Source: Octopus sinensis (taxonomy: Eukaryota). Taken from it: a DNA stretch of 64,000 nt. Below, piece after piece: positions 61,490 through 64,000 of this stretch. A model generated the notes under the pieces. It was not told the origin of the DNA. It searched no databases and saw only the letters and a program-made list of their open reading frames with translations. The stretch's first letter is position 1. Every line of letters starts with the position of its first letter. Where the stretch lies: positions 40,114,001 to 40,178,000 of the forward strand of contig NC_043002.1 of assembly GCF_006345805.1 (NCBI RefSeq), written 5' to 3'. A program made the translations under genes and the position numbers.

Positions 61490-62526
61490 ATCTTGAGCTT
61501 GATCATGTCCTCTTGTTTCTTAGTTAAGTAGTTTCTGTTCTTTCTGTTATGTATAGACATGTTGTAATGAGTTGAATAAATACACACTGCATACATATAC
61601 TGTGATGTTCTGACTGCAGATACACTACACCTGCTGTGTCATGTTGACTATAGGTACACTGTGACATGCTAAGGACACACTATACTTGCTGTTGGCAAGC
61701 TACACATGCTGAGACATTAACTAAGAACAAGCTATACTTGCTGTGTCAAGGGCTGATGGCTTAGTGGTTAGGTTGTTGCACTCATGATTGTGAGATAGTG
61801 GTTTCAGTTCTTGGACAGGTGGTACATTGTGTTCTTGAGCAAAAACGTTCTCATATTGCTCTGCAATTATTTCAACACCTGACATGTGATACACCATGCA
61901 CTTCTTCAATTAATATCAATTTGACGAAAGAAGAGAGAGCTAATGTACAACACATACATTTGATCACTATAAACAAATCAGTTGTGCAGGCTGCTCAGCA
62001 AGAAATTGCAGAGCCATCTTGGACTATGAGAGACAACCATCTTATTTGCTGTGGTGTGTCAACTGTAAATGCACTGCATTTGTTTTGACATTTTAAGACC
62101 ACACTACACTTGCTGTGAAATGTGAAGCATATGCTACAGTTGCTGTGACATGTGTAAAGAACAATACCCTATGCTTGCTGTGGCATGCTAACTAAAGATT
62201 CACTACTCTTACTGTAATGTGCTGACAATAGGTATATTGTTCTTACTTTGTTGTGTATATGTCATTCTTCTTTTATGGCAACCCACAAAGGATACAACAG
62301 TTTTTCTCACATATATTATGTTGATGTACATATTTAAAAAGTTTGTTTAAGTATAAAACACTTGAGTTTGTTTTCTGAACCTAATCATCACTTTTGCTTT
62401 TGAACTTTCTTACCTACTTTTCCTTTGAGCCTGATAACATTTGTCTTTGATATTTGATCCTAATTACTTTTTGTTGTTTGATATTTTGCACACTATGACC
62501 TTATGTTTTACATTGAATATTTACAG

Positions 62527-62665
62527 ACACGGATTACTACTTTCCACCTGGTTGCATTCTCGAGAAAATACTTTCAGTTCAGTATTTGGATGATTTGGAT
62601 ATAGAAGGAATTTACCCTCTTTATCAACAATTGCAAAAGCATTTTCAAAAGCATCCTGAAGATAG
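62527..62665 (+). CDS. IPPK: IPPK coding exon 11 (DTDYYFPPGCILEKILSVQYLDDLDIEGIYPLYQQLQKHFQKHPEDR)
   Basis: ttacag in phase 1 / AG|gtgagg, 139 nt. Matches LPKGCLLYKTLQVQMLDLLDIEGLYPLY. Confidence 0.96.
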
Positions 62666-62911
62666 GTGAGGAAAAAAACACTACATTTTTGGCTATGTTC
62701 TATTCTGTTTTCTAGATAGTCTAAATTTTTGATAAAAGCAAAAAGAGTATATTTATATGGGTACAGGTTTGAATGAGTGGCTATGTGGTTTACTTCGAAA
62801 TGATGTGATTTTGAGTTGAATCCCATTGCATGGCACTTTAGGACATCATCTCTACACTTTGGGTTTGCCAATACCATGAGTGAAATTTGGTTGGCAGATG
62901 CCCAATATATA

Positions 62912-63460
62912 TCATCATCTTTTAACATCCATTTTCCATGCTGGCATAGATTGATGGGTTGATCAGTTTGACAGGGTCAGACTAGTCAAAGGACTGTATT
63001 ATGTTCCAATGTATACTTTGGTATGATATCTATGGTTGAATGCACCATACAATCTGCCTTTCACTTTGGGAGAGAAACCTTTTGTCACCAACAGAGATAA
63101 CAGCTCTCTCAAATTTTCCCAGCCTGTTTTTATTCTAGCCTTTATTTGAAAGCTATTTCCGATACACTCTTAGTGCTTGTTGCTACTCAGCATCTGCCAC
63201 GGACAAAGTCTACTTTTTCCATTAACCAGCCTATGATACCACTGCACCTCTTGTGTGTCCATAGTTTGCACTTGGTACACTGCATACAATTTCTGCATAT
63301 TGAGCTAGACAATTTTCTGTTTTCTTACATGCTAAATTTGAGATCCTTCAATTCCAGGTTTTACTTCGACACTTGGAATTTCTTTTCCAATTCTACTATA
63401 GATTCAGCTGTTTGAATAAGGTCATCAACAGTTCTCATAGGCAACCAGACCTAAATAAGA
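62912..63460 (-). mobile_element. RTE LINE fragment (Cys-rich region after RT) joined to a tail
   Basis: Minus strand CMQCTKCKLWTHKRCSGIIG and RIKTGWENLRELLSLLVTKGFSPKVKGRLY. Confidence 0.75.
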
Positions 63461-63571
63461 CCTTTACACAAAAAAACGAGAAAATTTATCCTTTTGAGAA
63501 GCATTGATATGATTGACGAAAACATTCAAAAGCAGTGCCCCAACAAGGCCACATTCCAGTATCTGGAACAA

Positions 63572-63791
63572 TTAACCTTTTAGTATTCAAACTGGCTTAA
63601 ATATTCTACCTGTTAAACAGGTACATTATTTAGGCCTGGATATGTTCAAACCAGCCAGATGCAGCCTCTCACACCTACTCTACAATGTCCTTCAAAAATA
63701 AGCAATCACATTATGAAATCTCAAAGCTGCAAGACGATGCCTGATTAATTCAAAACAGCGTGACAGAATAATCTGAGTGCTAAAGGGTTAA
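63572..63791. mobile_element. piggyBac-type MITE family 2, copy 2
   Basis: TTAA-CCTTTTAGTATT ... AGTGCTAAAGGG-TTAA. Confidence 0.8.
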
Positions 63792-64000
63792 AGAAGTTCT
63801 AAATAAAAATATATAGTAAAGGGATTTTTTTATATCCATATCATGTCATCATTGTTTTAGCATCCATTTTTCCATGCTTAACATTGGTCAGTCAGAATTC
63901 ATCAATAGCTAGATGCCATTCATGTTGCCAACCTTCACCTAATTCCAAGCAAGCTAATATTCCCCCATGACCACACACTTTGTCAGGAGACTGGGAATGG

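Larger units (their letters stand above)
13448..62665 (+). other. IPPK: IPPK gene span (11 coding exons in window, 3' end beyond window)
   Basis: The spliced translation carries IPK1-family motifs in order: WIYRGEGN, EIKPKSGF, CKFCMRSHLK, YCPVDLFSG, PQNNLKI, LDDLDIEGIYPLY. All 10 internal introns are GT-AG with compatible phases. Confidence 0.96.

Noticed and set aside
62521-62928. 135-aa minus-strand ORF
   Set aside because: It is the antisense shadow of IPPK exon 11 plus a repeat tail, with no homology recognised.
63138-63415. Candidate IPPK exon 12 (open frame after tag at 63138)
   Set aside because: It lacks the expected DGPY-like sequence and is the antisense of an RTE ORF fragment, so the next exon must lie beyond the window.

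Overview
AT-rich eukaryotic genomic DNA. The repeat families (tRNA-headed SINEs, RTE-LINE 3' tails ending in (GAT)n, dense (TA)n/(CA)n tracts) look like those of an octopod cephalopod; this is recognition, not a database result. There is one host gene: inositol-pentakisphosphate 2-kinase (IPPK/IPK1) on the + strand. Eleven coding exons were reconstructed by hand (13448-62665, 1055 nt, all GT-AG, phases consistent) and the gene runs off the right edge. The rest is transposon debris: a dead hAT transposase, RTE-BovB, RTE and CR1 LINE fragments, Penelope-like element (PLE) pieces including a GIY-YIG remnant, pogo/Tc1/mariner and piggyBac-type MITEs, two non-autonomous Helitrons and many SINEs. 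The most interesting signal not shown by the ORF track is a set of minimal type-I hammerhead-ribozyme (HHR) folds in PLE-like or retrozyme-like repeats. They use three different Watson-Crick versions of the core 3-8 pair: U3-A8 at 4961 (mirror copy at 3338), C3-G8 at 40614 and G3-C8 at 50586. One sits in a 326-bp insert with a 12-bp target-site duplication, and two sit in long inverted repeats. All folds were paired by eye and none was tested. Boundaries of degenerate repeats are approximate.
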